This document shows positions 13,401 to 24,653 of a stretch of 64,000 nt of DNA, one piece after another. Each line of letters opens with the position of its first letter. Positions within the stretch are counted from its first letter, which is position 1. Made by a program: the position numbers and the translations under genes. Origin of the DNA: Amphiscolops sp. MND2022 (taxonomy: Eukaryota); assembly GCA_964187785.1 (NCBI GenBank), contig OZ076414.1, forward strand, positions 30,690,001-30,754,000. Direction: 5' to 3'. The notes beneath the pieces were generated by a model that saw only the letters and a list, made by a program, of their open reading frames with translations, was not told the origin of the DNA and searched no databases.

Positions 13401-16400
13401 GTAACATCATGACGTCATAACATCTGTGTCTAACGGCTATGATATTCGTGTTTCCTTGATTTTAGAATTAGAAAGTACTCAACTTATTTTTCAAAATTTT
13501 ATTTTTTGTGGGGGAAATCATTGAAACACCAAAAACTGAAAAAAAATAGTGCATAAGTTATCACAATATTTGCCAAAAATCTTCAGCTAAAGCAAGAATT
13601 ACATGAGTTTCTGTTCAATTGTTAATACTGTTTCTAACAAGACAACGAAAAAACCAAAACGTTTTTTTGTTTGAAAAGGTATCCTTATGGTTAGAAGGAT
13701 CAATGATGAAAAGTAGTACGTAAATGAATAGTTTTGTGCTCTGTTCAGACGTGCTTCAGCACTTTCTTATATCTGCTGCTGCGGCCGCAGCGCCACCTCT
13801 GAGGTAGGTCAAAGTTCATTTCAGTTGACCTTTATTGTCTTCCATTTATGGAAACGTGGTACTTGAGTAATTCTCCAATGGTTTGATACTCAAATGAAAT
13901 ATTTTGTCAATCAATTAATACAGACTGTTTCCTATTCGCGTATACTCATGTGTAATCGTTCTCTGGCCCTTTTAACGATGATAATAATGGTTATAACTAA
14001 CCAATTCCTTGTTAGCCAGGAGCAACTTCGCACTAGCAAATTTGCCTCATCTAAGCAATTTTGAGAATTAAACTTGGGGGGTGCTCATTTCTAAGCTAAT
14101 TGTCATATCCCCAAAAATGAATTGAACCAAGTTTTCTGAATATTCGGAAGTTCACAGTCAAACCTGCTCATTAAAGTTAAGAGGGCCATTTTCTTGTAAT
14201 GGTAATTGCCTTGTTTTGATAAATACGACAAAAGTTTCAAGTTAAATCAACTGTAGCTGCATTTGGTGGCTGTTGAAACAATATTATGTAATACATTGTA
14301 CATTTGTTTTTTGTTGTCTTGTGGTGTTTTTGTTTCGTACCGCATACGAAGTGGATCAACGTCAAGTGCCCAATTGACTGCTGACTGATTTAGGTGTACG
14401 ACAGATGAAATTTTTTAGCTATAAGGTATAAGCATCAAAAAACCCTTAATATCATTTAGCAGTTGATTTCATTGCAATGTTGACCTTTGTTACATAATAG
14501 CTAGGGTACCAAAAATGGTACTAGCCAAGATACTCAATTTTGCAGACGAAATTTTCAAATCGTAAAAAATTCTTACATATCCAATCGACACAAAAGTCCC
14601 AGGAGCAAAATCAGAATTGCAGGGGTATTTTTTGCTTTGAAATCAAAACAAAAATTACAAAAGTTTTTACACTTAGCTTTTTACTTTTGGTATCTTCATC
14701 ATGCAATATCTCGAGAACCGCGTTTAGTAACAAAAATGTCTGGAAAAACGTTACTCTTGATTCAGATCTCTTGAAAAAAATCGAAAAATTCCAAAACCCT
14801 CAAAATATCATAAATATACCTGAAAGTTTCGTTCGATTTCAAAAATATTGTCGTAATCCTGGTCAAATTCTGAGAAACTAAATCTCCTGAAGAAAAATGC
14901 ATTTCCAAAGTTTTCGCCAGTGATATTAGCTGTCTTTAGCTTTTTGGTACTATAATGTATTTCTTCATCGGCGTTTTAAAAAAATTGAGGAAAATTACAG
15001 CGACCTGCATAGAAAGAGCTGCTTGAGGATTTTAACAGCAATTACCATTTGTATAAATATTGTTTTTAATAGAAAAAATTAGGTCTGAGTGTCAATAAAA
15101 GCATCGGTCATGATACAATAGGTCTTTTACATCATGTAACAACTTCCGATTGTGTTGTAAAAACAGACTCGGATGTAAGACGCCTTTTCATAATAGTCTC
15201 AAACCTCACGGAGGGCTATGCCCCCACAAAAAAGACACAGGGCGACGTTGAAAGCATTTCGCAGCAGAAAAGGAGCCGTTCATTGTTTGCTGTACAATTG
15301 AGTCTACGCGAGTGAAAGCGAAATTAGAACCCCTTTGGGCTATGACGAATCGTATCTTAACTTGGTGTAAAATGACAACTCACAAAGCAAAGAATACAAA
15401 GTTGAAATTTTATGAGCTCCTTGCTTCAAATTTTCAAAATTCGGAGCTCCTTAAAACATGTTTTCTCAGAATCCGCGCACTCTATAATTTTTTATTACAA
15501 ACTGCCTTTGGGGTATCTGGGACGTTTTGATTGATATCCAGAAAAAGTTTTGAAAATGTAAAATTTTTAGGACCCTCTAAGTTGTATACATAAGTTTTTA
15601 CCTGATGAATAATTTATTTAGAATCAATCCTATTTATAGTTAATTTTTTGAAAATTTCAATGTTGACATGCTGGAGTTTCTGAGTTGTTTCTGACTAATC
15701 TTATTCCCCTGCAATGTGCAATAACTTGAATGTGAATCCACTGAAGTGCATTCTGGTGTAATAATCTCGACTCGTTGTTTTTAATCACTTTCCTACTCAT
15801 TGTAACCTGGCTCTGTTGTGAGTGATCAAACTTGTCATTAACATTTTTGTCTGACGCTTTTGTGAATTACTATTGTCGACATCTTGTTTTGGGCATTTCA
15901 ACTTCTGTCGCAGTAGGCGAATACATCGTGCAAATTTCTGAATCTTTGTTTTTTTTTCAAAAATTGATGGCTCAGGCTTGAAATAAGGAATGAAATGCGT
16001 ATTGGATAAACGAAAAATTCCATTTATTTTTGAATGATGGATTTTGTTTTAAAAAACGTGCCTAACTATTATAGAGGTTAGTGTTTTCCTCCAGGCCACA
16101 ATCTAATTCTTCTGAATGGTCCACTTTTTAACAGACCTTTAGCCCAAGATCTAATGATCCTTAGACGCGGCCAAACGGTCCCTCTTCGATTATTCTACAT
16201 TTTTACTTGAATTAAAGTTTCAAAAACAAAAAAGGACCTCTTTGTTTTTTTGGCACGTTGTGACGTTTTTTGAGTTTTTCGAAAAATTTCACCAAACGAG
16301 GGTTTGTTTGGTATTTTAGCTAGAAATTTTTTGAGCATAAAATATCCCCATTTCAACATTTTTTGGTACGTGAGGTTTTTGAGGATTTTTCCTAAAACTG

Positions 16401-19400
16401 ATCCTGAACATATTAAGACGTTCGCATTTTTCAACAAGGATAAATCAGTTTTAAGCGTTTTGGCTTCTCTTTGTAAAAATGGTGCAAGTTTCATCCAACT
16501 TCAAAAGACCTGGTTTTCTCTGCACCGAATCAACGCAATCGACATGTTTGACATGTGATTGGAGGGTTTTGGCGATGGTGTTTGAAACGATGGTTGGTTT
16601 GTTTAGTGCCTACGGGGGCGGGGGCAACTTCCTACCAGCAACAATTGGCAACAGCGCAAATTTTGGCGGCGGCAACGGCTGCTTCTTCCCCGGTACAGGG
16701 AGCCCTCTTGCAGGACTCGCCGGGGGCAGCTTCTCCGGGGGCAGTAGCGGCGGGGGCGGTGGCGGTGGGAGCGTCGCAGCAGCAGCAGCACTTGCATCAG
16801 CAGCAGCAGCAATTGATGGCGGCGCTTTTGATCCAGCAGCATCAGCAGCAGCAGCATCAGCAAATAGCGGCTGTGGCGGCCCAGCAGCAATTGGCGGCAA
16901 CGGCAACGGCGGTCTCCATGCAGCAGGCGGCTCTGGCGGCAGCGGCGGCCTCCTTGCAGGGCAACCAGACCCAGGCTTCGGCTCAGGCACAGGCGGCAGC
17001 CCAACATCTTCCATCCCAGCAGCGAGAGGGTAAGGACCTCCTGTTCCGTCTCAAAACTACCTCAACTCCCTCCCTCCCTCCCTCCCTGTATTACCATAAT
17101 CACTTCTCTTGGTATCACTCCACGTGAACGCAAACCCCTTTGTACGTGTACATGTATCTCGTGCTAATCTCTGCCACTTGGACTAAGCTTAGTTTTGGAT
17201 CCGATTACTAGCCGCGGCTTCTATCAAAAACAGCAGGTGTTTTCAATGAACGGTTTTTGTTACCACCCTCAACTAGTAATGGGAGGATTACGTCCAATGA
17301 AGCATATAAGGCCGAATCTTGAATCTTTAGGGTCAATATGTGAAGATATTGAAGAAATCCGAATCTTTAATCTTTCTTTGATTGAAAACGTTGAAACCTT
17401 TATTATGGAAGTTGTTTCACTAACATGAATCATGCCTTTGAAAGAAATGAAATTATTTCTATGTATACTTTTGAGGGCTCTGTCTCTGTACTATTATTGG
17501 TCGATCCTCTTTGATATTTTCACACATCCTTAAAACCACACTGCGTGGGTAACAGTAAGATTGACTTTTGCCCACAAACTTCTCTCCTTATTTGTAGATA
17601 CACTTCCACTTCTCACTGAGATCCTATAACACTGTAATCCCCAATGACTAAATCATCCCTTGAAAAGTTTTCTTCTTGAAGAAAAGTCAAGTTAGGACAA
17701 TGTAAATGAATCTTGTACGAAAGCCCATCGAGAATCAGAATAATCCCCGTAGATCATATCTTAGGATCGTGATTCGAAGTGAAGATCTTCTCCCTAATAT
17801 AGCTGTGTTCAATAGTTTGGTCTGAAAACTGCTGAAGATTTTGTTCAATTTTGAACTTTTGCCTGTGAATTTTGGAATGACAGTTTGCTTTAGTACCCAT
17901 TTTCCCAAGACCTGCGAAATTACTTCAGTTATGTTTCAACGGAATGGAAATGAAATACAATCGGTTTTAAACCTGCAACCTTTTGAATGCAAGAGTTCTG
18001 TTTTCCTGTTGACTTTTTTGCTCAAGTTATCCAATGCAATAATTCAATGAGTATATTTCTCATACATCTCTTAGTAAAAAAGCATTTTACGAATTTGACA
18101 CATTTTTGTTAAAACCTTCACGAATTGCAAATCCGCCCCCAAACCATCGCTATTCTTCCCTAATGAACGGCAACTTTGCACCGAAAGTCTTGATCATTTG
18201 CCCCCTAAGTAATCCCGAACCCTAAAATTTATAGAACTGATTCATTCAATTCAAGATTTATACGTTTAGTTTTCGTGGGTGATTTGTGCGTGTGTGTGGA
18301 ATTAACGACTTGTTTGTAGGAGTACTGCTCAATCCGTCAAAGCGTGCAAGTACGTGTTACGTCACAACTGATGTTGCGTAATCTGATCAATTAATCAATG
18401 TCACGTGACCGATCCTGCTGACCTAAGATTACTTGTGTGACCTCATGTGACCTGAGTAATGACCTCAGTCATACTGTCATCCACACTAATTCCTTCACAA
18501 GTATCCTCATTTTACTTGGCTCCTTTTCTTTTCCCCTAACAAAATATGGGGAATATTGGTAAAAAAAGCTTTAAACGTCAAAAGATGCTTACATTGTAGT
18601 TTCCAAAATTGGAAACTTTCTCCAAAACGAGATCAACAATTAGATCGAACTTTTTTCTGTTTTCATCTGATTTTTGGAGGGAAAAGGAAAAGCTGCCCAG
18701 TTTGTGTTCGGAGTGAACTGCCCTCACGTCTTACTTTCACTTTATGTTCCGCTTACTTACTGTTCTACTGCCCTTCCTTGACCCCAGTTCTCTCATTACT
18801 AGTGAACTTTGACCTTCGCATTATGTTTTCAGTTCTTGGGTCAGAACTTCAGTTAAGAACCTTTCAGTATGTCAGCCAGTTGGATATCTTGGTAACTAAG
18901 ACATGCAATGTATATTCATTCCCTTATGGTAGTGCAAAGTTTAAGTTGTCACTCTGCAAGAGATTGAAAGGCGAATTTTAAAATCGTTTTTGCTTCAAAA
19001 TTGTTCGCTTTTTACTTATTGGTCTAATGGTTGCTTTTAATAGGCTAAGATAGTACCCTGATGAACTTTGAGTTTATATAATTGCTCGAACTGAAAATTT
19101 TTGATGATAGGCGAAAAGTTAGTGAAAAGATCAAAAAACGAAAGAAAACGATAAAGTCAGATCTTCTACAAAATTGATTAAGGATGACCTCTTAGGTGTG
19201 AAACTCAATCGAGCGAGGATCTTAGAATTGCAAAAGTTTAAAGTCAGTATGCATACTTTGATGCGTTTCGACATAGAAAGCCCTGCTGGGGTGGCGACAT
19301 GTGGCCACGCGAGACTGGTCTCAGACAACTGCTTATCTCTCATCTGTAATATCGACACCACTCTGCAAGACTCCTCCTCTTCCAGAGTGACGTCATCAAA

Positions 19401-21863
19401 AATGACGTCATCCTCGCCATGGCGTCCGAGTAGCTCAGGCGTGACCTCGGTTGTCGGCACCGATGACTCATTGAACGGACCACTGGGGGTGGTGTTATCG
19501 GTGCCACAGATTCTGAAAAAAGGTACCATGTTGATGGATTGGTTGGCAGGGCAACATAATCTGCTGCTGTTCATTCAACCGTAGCGGGATCTTGGTTCAG
19601 TTGACATCATTTGTAGTTTGGTAGTAGTTAGAGGGTGCTGCAACATTTCCCTAGACTTGTCATAGTTTCTCTGTGCTTGGAATTTTGCCCAATTCGAGCA
19701 ATTCTGTCCCATTCGAAAAAAGTTTTTTGTTCATGGAAATGCTTTCACGTCGCGATTGCGATTTAAGTTTGACTTTGATTGAACTATTGAACAAAACTTT
19801 TCAATTAAGTACTTGTATTGCGATGTCAAAGAGCTTCCATGGTTTTGTCTCTCCTTTTGTTTTTTCACGGTAGTAATTTTTTTGGAAACTGTTATTTTTG
19901 ATTCCATGTTTAGAAGGTCATTGGATTTTGCGCTCAGATGGGTTTCTATTTCATTTGGACATCCGACGAAAATTCTGTTCAACTCTAAATTTGTGAAAAT
20001 GTTACCCTAGTGACAGGCATGATTCCAAGCACGGAGGTCTGAGCTTAATATTGTCGACTAGTTTCGGTTTGGGAGCACTGGAAGTTTCAATCATTTCACA
20101 TCTTGTTCTCTACACCCGGTGGATGGATTTATCCGGCACTTTTTGTTCACTTTGTAGGAGTTACCAACATTTATGTTCATGCCAACCTGCAGACTGACTG
20201 GGTCTCATGTATTCATGCATAAATGCTCCTATAGAATCAAACAACCCTCTCAAAAATCACCAATTTACTCCCGTACCCCCTATTCAAGAACAACTGTGAA
20301 TAACAACTTAGTTGTAAATGGAATGTCTACTAACAAAAACTGAAATTGCAAGAAAATAGCACGAATTGGAGTTCTATGAAGATTGAATTAGAAGAAGTCG
20401 AGCATTTTTGAAGCGCTTTTTCCATTTCTTATGTTTTTCGTCATGCTGAGTATTCCTTCCTGAAGTGAAGTCTTGAATGTTGTGACCGCATTATTCAATC
20501 AGCATCCAGTTTCCTCTCAAAAATTGCCCATAAACTTTGAAAGATCTCTTTGTAAAGACTACCAGGTCTCTATGAAGACTTCTTCTATTTTCGGTTTTCA
20601 TAGCACTCAAACAAAATAGTTAGAATATACATACTGGCTTCGGAAAGCTAAATATTTGATTTCAAAAAGCAGATTTTTCCAAAAAATCTTTTTTCAAAAC
20701 AACCATTTGACCCAAACCAGAATTCTATTACAGTAATTGCTTTTAAGTGAGCTATTGTTTTTGAAACACTGAGATGTTAGTTTTGATTAAAATGACAAAT
20801 GTGAAAAGGTTATCTATCTCGTTGAATCGCAAACCGTTAGTTTGAGAATGAAAGACAACTGAAATGACACCCTAAAACTCACAATCCCCTCCCTCTCCTC
20901 TCGCCTCGCCCCACTTCCGAACCCACCCCCCACCACGTTCCAAAAATCTACACCCCACCCACCCATCTGTCATCTCATCCATCATGGGCATCGTTTGAAA
21001 CTTGCAACTAGATGAGTTTGCGTGACGTCACCATCGAATGTATCTAGCTTGACCTTTAATTGACCGCAAGAGTCAAAAGTAGTTGGAAATGCTAACTGGT
21101 GTTTGTGTTTGCAGGGCCGGAAGGTTGCAACCTTTTTATTTACCATCTGCCGCAGGAGTGTACAGATGCGGACCTGACGCAGATGTTTATGCCTTACGGC
21201 ACTGTAATCAGTGCTAAAGTCTTCATCGACAGAGCTACTAATCAGAGCAAATGCTTCGGTAAGCACAGCCCTCGTTTCTAAGTTTCTAGTTTGCCATGTT
21301 CACTATGCAAAATCGACCTTGAATATGAATGAAACTTGAATTCAAGCAAGAACGCATCGAACAAACGACCACTCTCGAAATACAACGTTTACATTCAATT
21401 TTGACCCCCTAGGATTGAGGTGATTATCCCCGAACTGTTTTTTTGACGCGGATTTATAATTTTCGTCGTTGCTAATCGCACCAAAATCGGCACCCCGCCA
21501 AAGACTGTCTTTTAGATAGCTTAGTGCTGGTTTCATGACAATGCCAGAAATCTTAGTGACTTGAATGAATTCTTCAGAAAAAAAAGTGGCACAAGAGGTT
21601 TTCTAACTAAAGTATTTTAAAAACTAAACGGTCTCTTTGGTCTCATATACAGCTTTATATTTCCAGTGAAAAAATAATAGGGTTTTCTGCTTCTTTGTGT
21701 CAACCTAATTTAATGTGAATGTTTTCGGGTTTCAGGTTTCGTAAGTTACGACAACCCTCAAAGCGCAGAAGCGGCCATCCACTCAATGCATGGCTTTCAA
21801 ATAGGCAATAAGCGACTAAAAGTGCAACACAAACGGCCCAAAGATCAAAACAAGCCTTACTGA
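7330..21863 (+). CDS. CELF: CELF3-6 subfamily (Bruno-3/UNC-75-like) RNA-binding protein gene, 5'-partial, multi-exon
   Basis: Splice-consistent chain of GT-AG exons: RRM2 end [24 protein letters not shown], a Q/A/G-rich linker, then QQRE|[15 protein letters not shown]...SKCF|[42 protein letters not shown]. These motifs and intron positions match CELF3-6. RRM1/RRM2 exons were not found in 1-7329, so they lie upstream. Confidence 0.95.
8512..8859. repeat. 174-bp tandem duplication in CELF intron
   Basis: 8512-8685 and 8686-8859 appear identical (TGAAAATGACTTTT...GTTAGCAGG). Confidence 0.95.
11042..11083. repeat. 21-bp tandem repeat x2 in the branch-point region of exon 11099
   Basis: TGATTCATGCATTGACATGTA twice. 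Confidence 0.9.
11099..11252 (+). CDS. CELF: CELF linker exon (phase 0-1)
   Basis: cttttcag|TTGGCA...AATG|gtaagc; [20 protein letters not shown]...MTPN; phase fits both neighbours. Confidence 0.88.
11593..11733 (+). CDS. CELF: CELF linker exon (phase 1-1, 141 nt, not in ORF track)
   Basis: ggttgtttag|GACTTC...ACTGGGG|gtacgt; open in frame: (G)[46 protein letters not shown]; GC-rich island in AT-rich intron. Confidence 0.7.
12163..12336 (+). CDS. CELF: CELF linker exon (phase 1-1, 174 nt)
   Basis: tgtttgttgcag|AGGACAAC...ATTG|gtgagc; (E)[11 protein letters not shown]...TLPEI. Confidence 0.82.
13247..13330 (+). CDS. CELF: CELF linker exon (phase 1-1, 84 nt)
   Basis: ggtgttttag|TTGCC...CCTTG|gtaagc; (V)[27 protein letters not shown]. 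Confidence 0.82.
13749..13803 (+). CDS. Candidate frame-shifting CELF cassette exon (55 nt, phase 1-2)
   Basis: ctctgttcag|ACGTGC...CTGAG|gtaggt; open from phase 1 as (D)[17 protein letters not shown]; length not a multiple of 3. Confidence 0.5.
16607..17029 (+). CDS. CELF: CELF polyQ/Ala linker exon (phase 1-1, 423 nt)
   Basis: ggtttgtttag|TGCCT...GAGG|gtaagg; the Q-rich frame ends ...PSQQRE and joins GPEGCNL of the RRM3 exon, giving the conserved QQREGPEGCNL junction. Confidence 0.9.
18320..18349 (+). CDS. Candidate 30-nt in-frame CELF microexon
   Basis: ttaac branch-like motif, cttgtttgtag|GAGTACTGCTCAATCCGTCAAAGCGTGCAA|gtacgt; symmetric phase 1-1, (G)VLLNPSKRA; upstream GTGCGTGTGTGTG tract. 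Confidence 0.45.
19277..19522 (+). CDS. Candidate 246-nt in-frame CELF cassette exon
   Basis: acatag|AAAGCC...AAAAAAG|gtacca; symmetric phase 1-1, no stop (ESPAGVAT...PQILKK); GC-rich island; weak acceptor. Confidence 0.33.
21115..21258 (+). CDS. CELF: CELF RRM3 exon 1
   Basis: gctaac branch point, gtttgcag|GGCCGG...TTCG|gtaagc; [47 protein letters not shown]. Confidence 0.97.
21736..21863 (+). CDS. CELF: CELF RRM3 exon 2, terminal coding exon
   Basis: gggtttcag|GTTTCGTA...TAC TGA; (G)[41 protein letters not shown]. Confidence 0.97.
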
Positions 21864-22790
21864 CCAGTCAACACTTTCTTCTAATCACTTAACACATCGG
21901 CTGCCAATCTCAACTTGGTCACATTTCTTTCCTTAAACGGAACCAGTTAGACTACGACAACATTCGATCAACGACGGAGTCAATCGTATCCTATTGGCTG
22001 ACTCTTTGGGCGACTCTAACGTCATCACGACTAGTCATTAGCATTTACGTGTATTATCATTTCTGGATTGCCCATTGGCTGAATTTTTGTTCGTTTAATT
22101 GAATCTGTTTCATGGAGAAGATGAGAAAACTCATTTTGACAACCCGGCTTAATTTCTTCAATTTTATTTTTATAAAACTGCTTCGATGCTTATTGCTTTC
22201 TATCTTTTGGTTTAAAACCTCTGATTCATTTTCAAATTTAGTTAATTCATTCGGAGAAACAAGTTAACATTCTTACATTCTTATTTTTCCAGATAAACTC
22301 ATAATAATCAATATTCAATCAAACATCTATCGATGAATCTATTCACCACCAAAATCATTCCCGCAATTTTGATGCTCCCACTCCTGGGTGTCACTTGGAC
22401 ACAGCCCCCTGTCATTTCCCCATCCCTCCTTCTCCGCTCTACACTCCGATGACTCATCTTTACAATCTCACTCTCAGTGCAATTTGAGTTGTTAGGCCAG
22501 TTTATCTCTCTGCGCCCTCTTGCGCCCAATTTAATTCTTTAAGCACTTATTGCTGATTGGTTAATAATTCTAATTCATGCAAAGATGCAGATCTCATTAT
22601 TTTTAAAAAGCCAACATTTCTGTCCAGTTCTAGTAGCTACTAAAAATGTTCCAAATGATTTGTAGTGTGAAAGATTTGAAGAACATTTTTAGATTTGAAT
22701 TTTGGACAGCGATGACAGGCGGATCATTTTTATATCAAAGTCATGCTGCTTCTTATAAACTTTTAATGAATTTTGAAAGATTTTTTGTTT

Positions 22791-22796
22791 AATAAA
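22791..22796 (+). terminator. Possible CELF polyadenylation signal
   Basis: AATAAA ~930 nt after the stop codon; no transcript evidence. Confidence 0.3.
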
Positions 22797-23635
22797 GTAT
22801 ATGCGAACTTGGATGTTGAAAAATCTGTATAGTTTTCAAAATGTAAGCAACAGTTTTTGAAGCAGCTTGATCTTATTTTGGATGATAATCAGTTGTCATT
22901 AAACTCAACTCATGTCATTATTATAATAGAGGCCAATTGATCTGATTTAATTGATTTGATAATTAATTTGTTCAACGCTGATTCTTCTGGACCCCTCTTT
23001 TCCTCACTTGGGGAGGGGTTGGTTTCCAGAGTTGCCATATAAGGAGGTTTCTTTCGAGGGTTGTGCTGGCGATTTAACACGATTTGAATTGTAGTGTGTA
23101 CCATGATCAAACCGCTTACCATTTTCGGATGGTTCTTTGGTATCTGGCTCAGTTTATTACATTCTAATCATACTATTGAATTGATATCACTTCTTTATTC
23201 CATTATCGTTGCAGAAGAAACCGACCGAAGAGTTCAATCATTTTGCAGGCGCCTTAATTAAATTTTCATTATCAAAACCACTTTTTGCTTCAACTAACAG
23301 AAATTGATAGGAAGTGATTGACTAATCAACCAATGTTGATTTAAAAAATATAAAAATATATTGACAGCTTATTTAAAATTAAAAAAAATATTGACAGCTT
23401 ATTTTTGAAGGATTTTGACTCCGATTTCCTTATTTTGTAAAAATTCCTGAGTTTCTAGAATCTCATAACGCAAAAAATCACTTGTCAAAGATGCGTTTCA
23501 TCGTTCGTATCCAAAACATGAAAGTGATCGAAACTTGAGGCATGAGTCAATTTTTGATATTTTCCTGTCAATGTAAGCGACAGATATACAAGCAGTGATG
23601 TATTCTGGGTTCTGAACGCATTGTGTTGAGATAAT

Positions 23636-23900
23636 AACAAGGCGGGAACGTTTCAAGCCGGTGCTATACCTAAGGCTCAAAAAGCGCAAAGTTTCTAGAT
23701 GCTCAGGACGTTTTTTGAATAAAAAATTCGGAAAACAGTTTGGAAACACCCAAAGGGCGCCTTTCGTACTGTGAAAACACTTCAAAAGTTCGAATATAGC
23801 GTGCTTAGACCAATCCGAGAACTTTTTTGTTCCTACGCCTCCTCAGTGAAACTCATATTACCTCGGATTTAACGTCAAAAGTTCGGATACAACGCTTTAC
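23636..23900. repeat. Second, inverted member of the 4.6-5.0 kb dispersed repeat family
   Basis: AACAAGGCGGGAACGTTTCAAGCCGGTGCTATACCTAAGGCTCAAAAA aligns to the reverse complement of ~4900-4955; right boundary approximate. Confidence 0.55.
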
Positions 23901-24289
23901 TTCAGATATTACGTCAAAAATTTGGATAGTATTTAAAAAATCATTGGTGGATATTTATCGAGAGAAACTAATAACCGACAAAAATGAGAATTTTGGGCAG
24001 TCTCGTGTCAAAAATCCTGAAAACGGAGAACACTTTGGGTTTTAACATCCATTCTGTGGCAAAATATCAAAAAGGAAGAACCCTTTGAAGACTTTGAAAA
24101 ATTTTCAAAAAAATCAAAGCCGAAAAATTGGGAGTCTCATCGTACCAAAACCGGGACCCTTCTGCTTTGGAATGGTTTTGTATTTCATTTTAGAGGCTTT
24201 GGATGCGTTCAAAATCAAGTATTGAGTACTTATAGTTAAAGTGAACAGTGCACAAAAAGTGGACAGTTCAGAAAGAGACAGACAAAAAA

Positions 24290-24343
24290 TAGTCACTGTA
24301 ATAGTCGGACTTTTTTCCTTAACGGAAAAGCGTCGACTAAAAA
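24290..24343. repeat. ~54-bp host-side direct repeat, second copy at 39664-39717
   Basis: TAGTCACTGTAATAG.CGG.CTTTTTTCCTTAA.GGAAAA(A)GCGTCGACTAAAA on both sides of the Polinton, outside the TSDs. Confidence 0.75.
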
Positions 24344-24483
24344 TAGCTAAAAAGCTTGCTTGTCGGGGAAAATTCAAGATTTTTTCTGCGATGAAAATGC
24401 TTGGATAAATCGAGAAGTATCAATTTTTTTCCGTTTTTGTGCACTTTTTGTTGATTTTGGAATGTTTTCGTGGATATGACTAT

Positions 24484-24653
24484 AGTAGTATACGAATTCC
24501 CGATTCGGGGCAGTCAAATATATATTTTTTAAAAAATGTTGATTCTTTTTTTAAAAAAAAATCAACGTTTTTTTCACAACTAACTGTTAAAAAATAACCA
24601 AAGCAAACCATCTAAAAATTAGTTATTTTTCACATCTGAAAAATTAACAAAAT
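24484..24653 (+). repeat. Polinton left TIR
   Basis: Roughly 90% identical to the reverse complement of 39021-39190; contains CCCGATTCGGG and a ~45-bp AT-rich palindrome (24531-24574). Confidence 0.95.

Noticed and set aside
16603-17014. Two minus-strand ORFs (134 aa each) over the polyQ exon
   Set aside because: Expected by-products of CAG/GCA/GGC-rich sequence; no splice or start context.
17212-17236. Possible 25-nt exon (tag|CCGCGG...CAG|gtgttt)
   Set aside because: Weak donor and acceptor; does not yield a productive frame with either neighbour.
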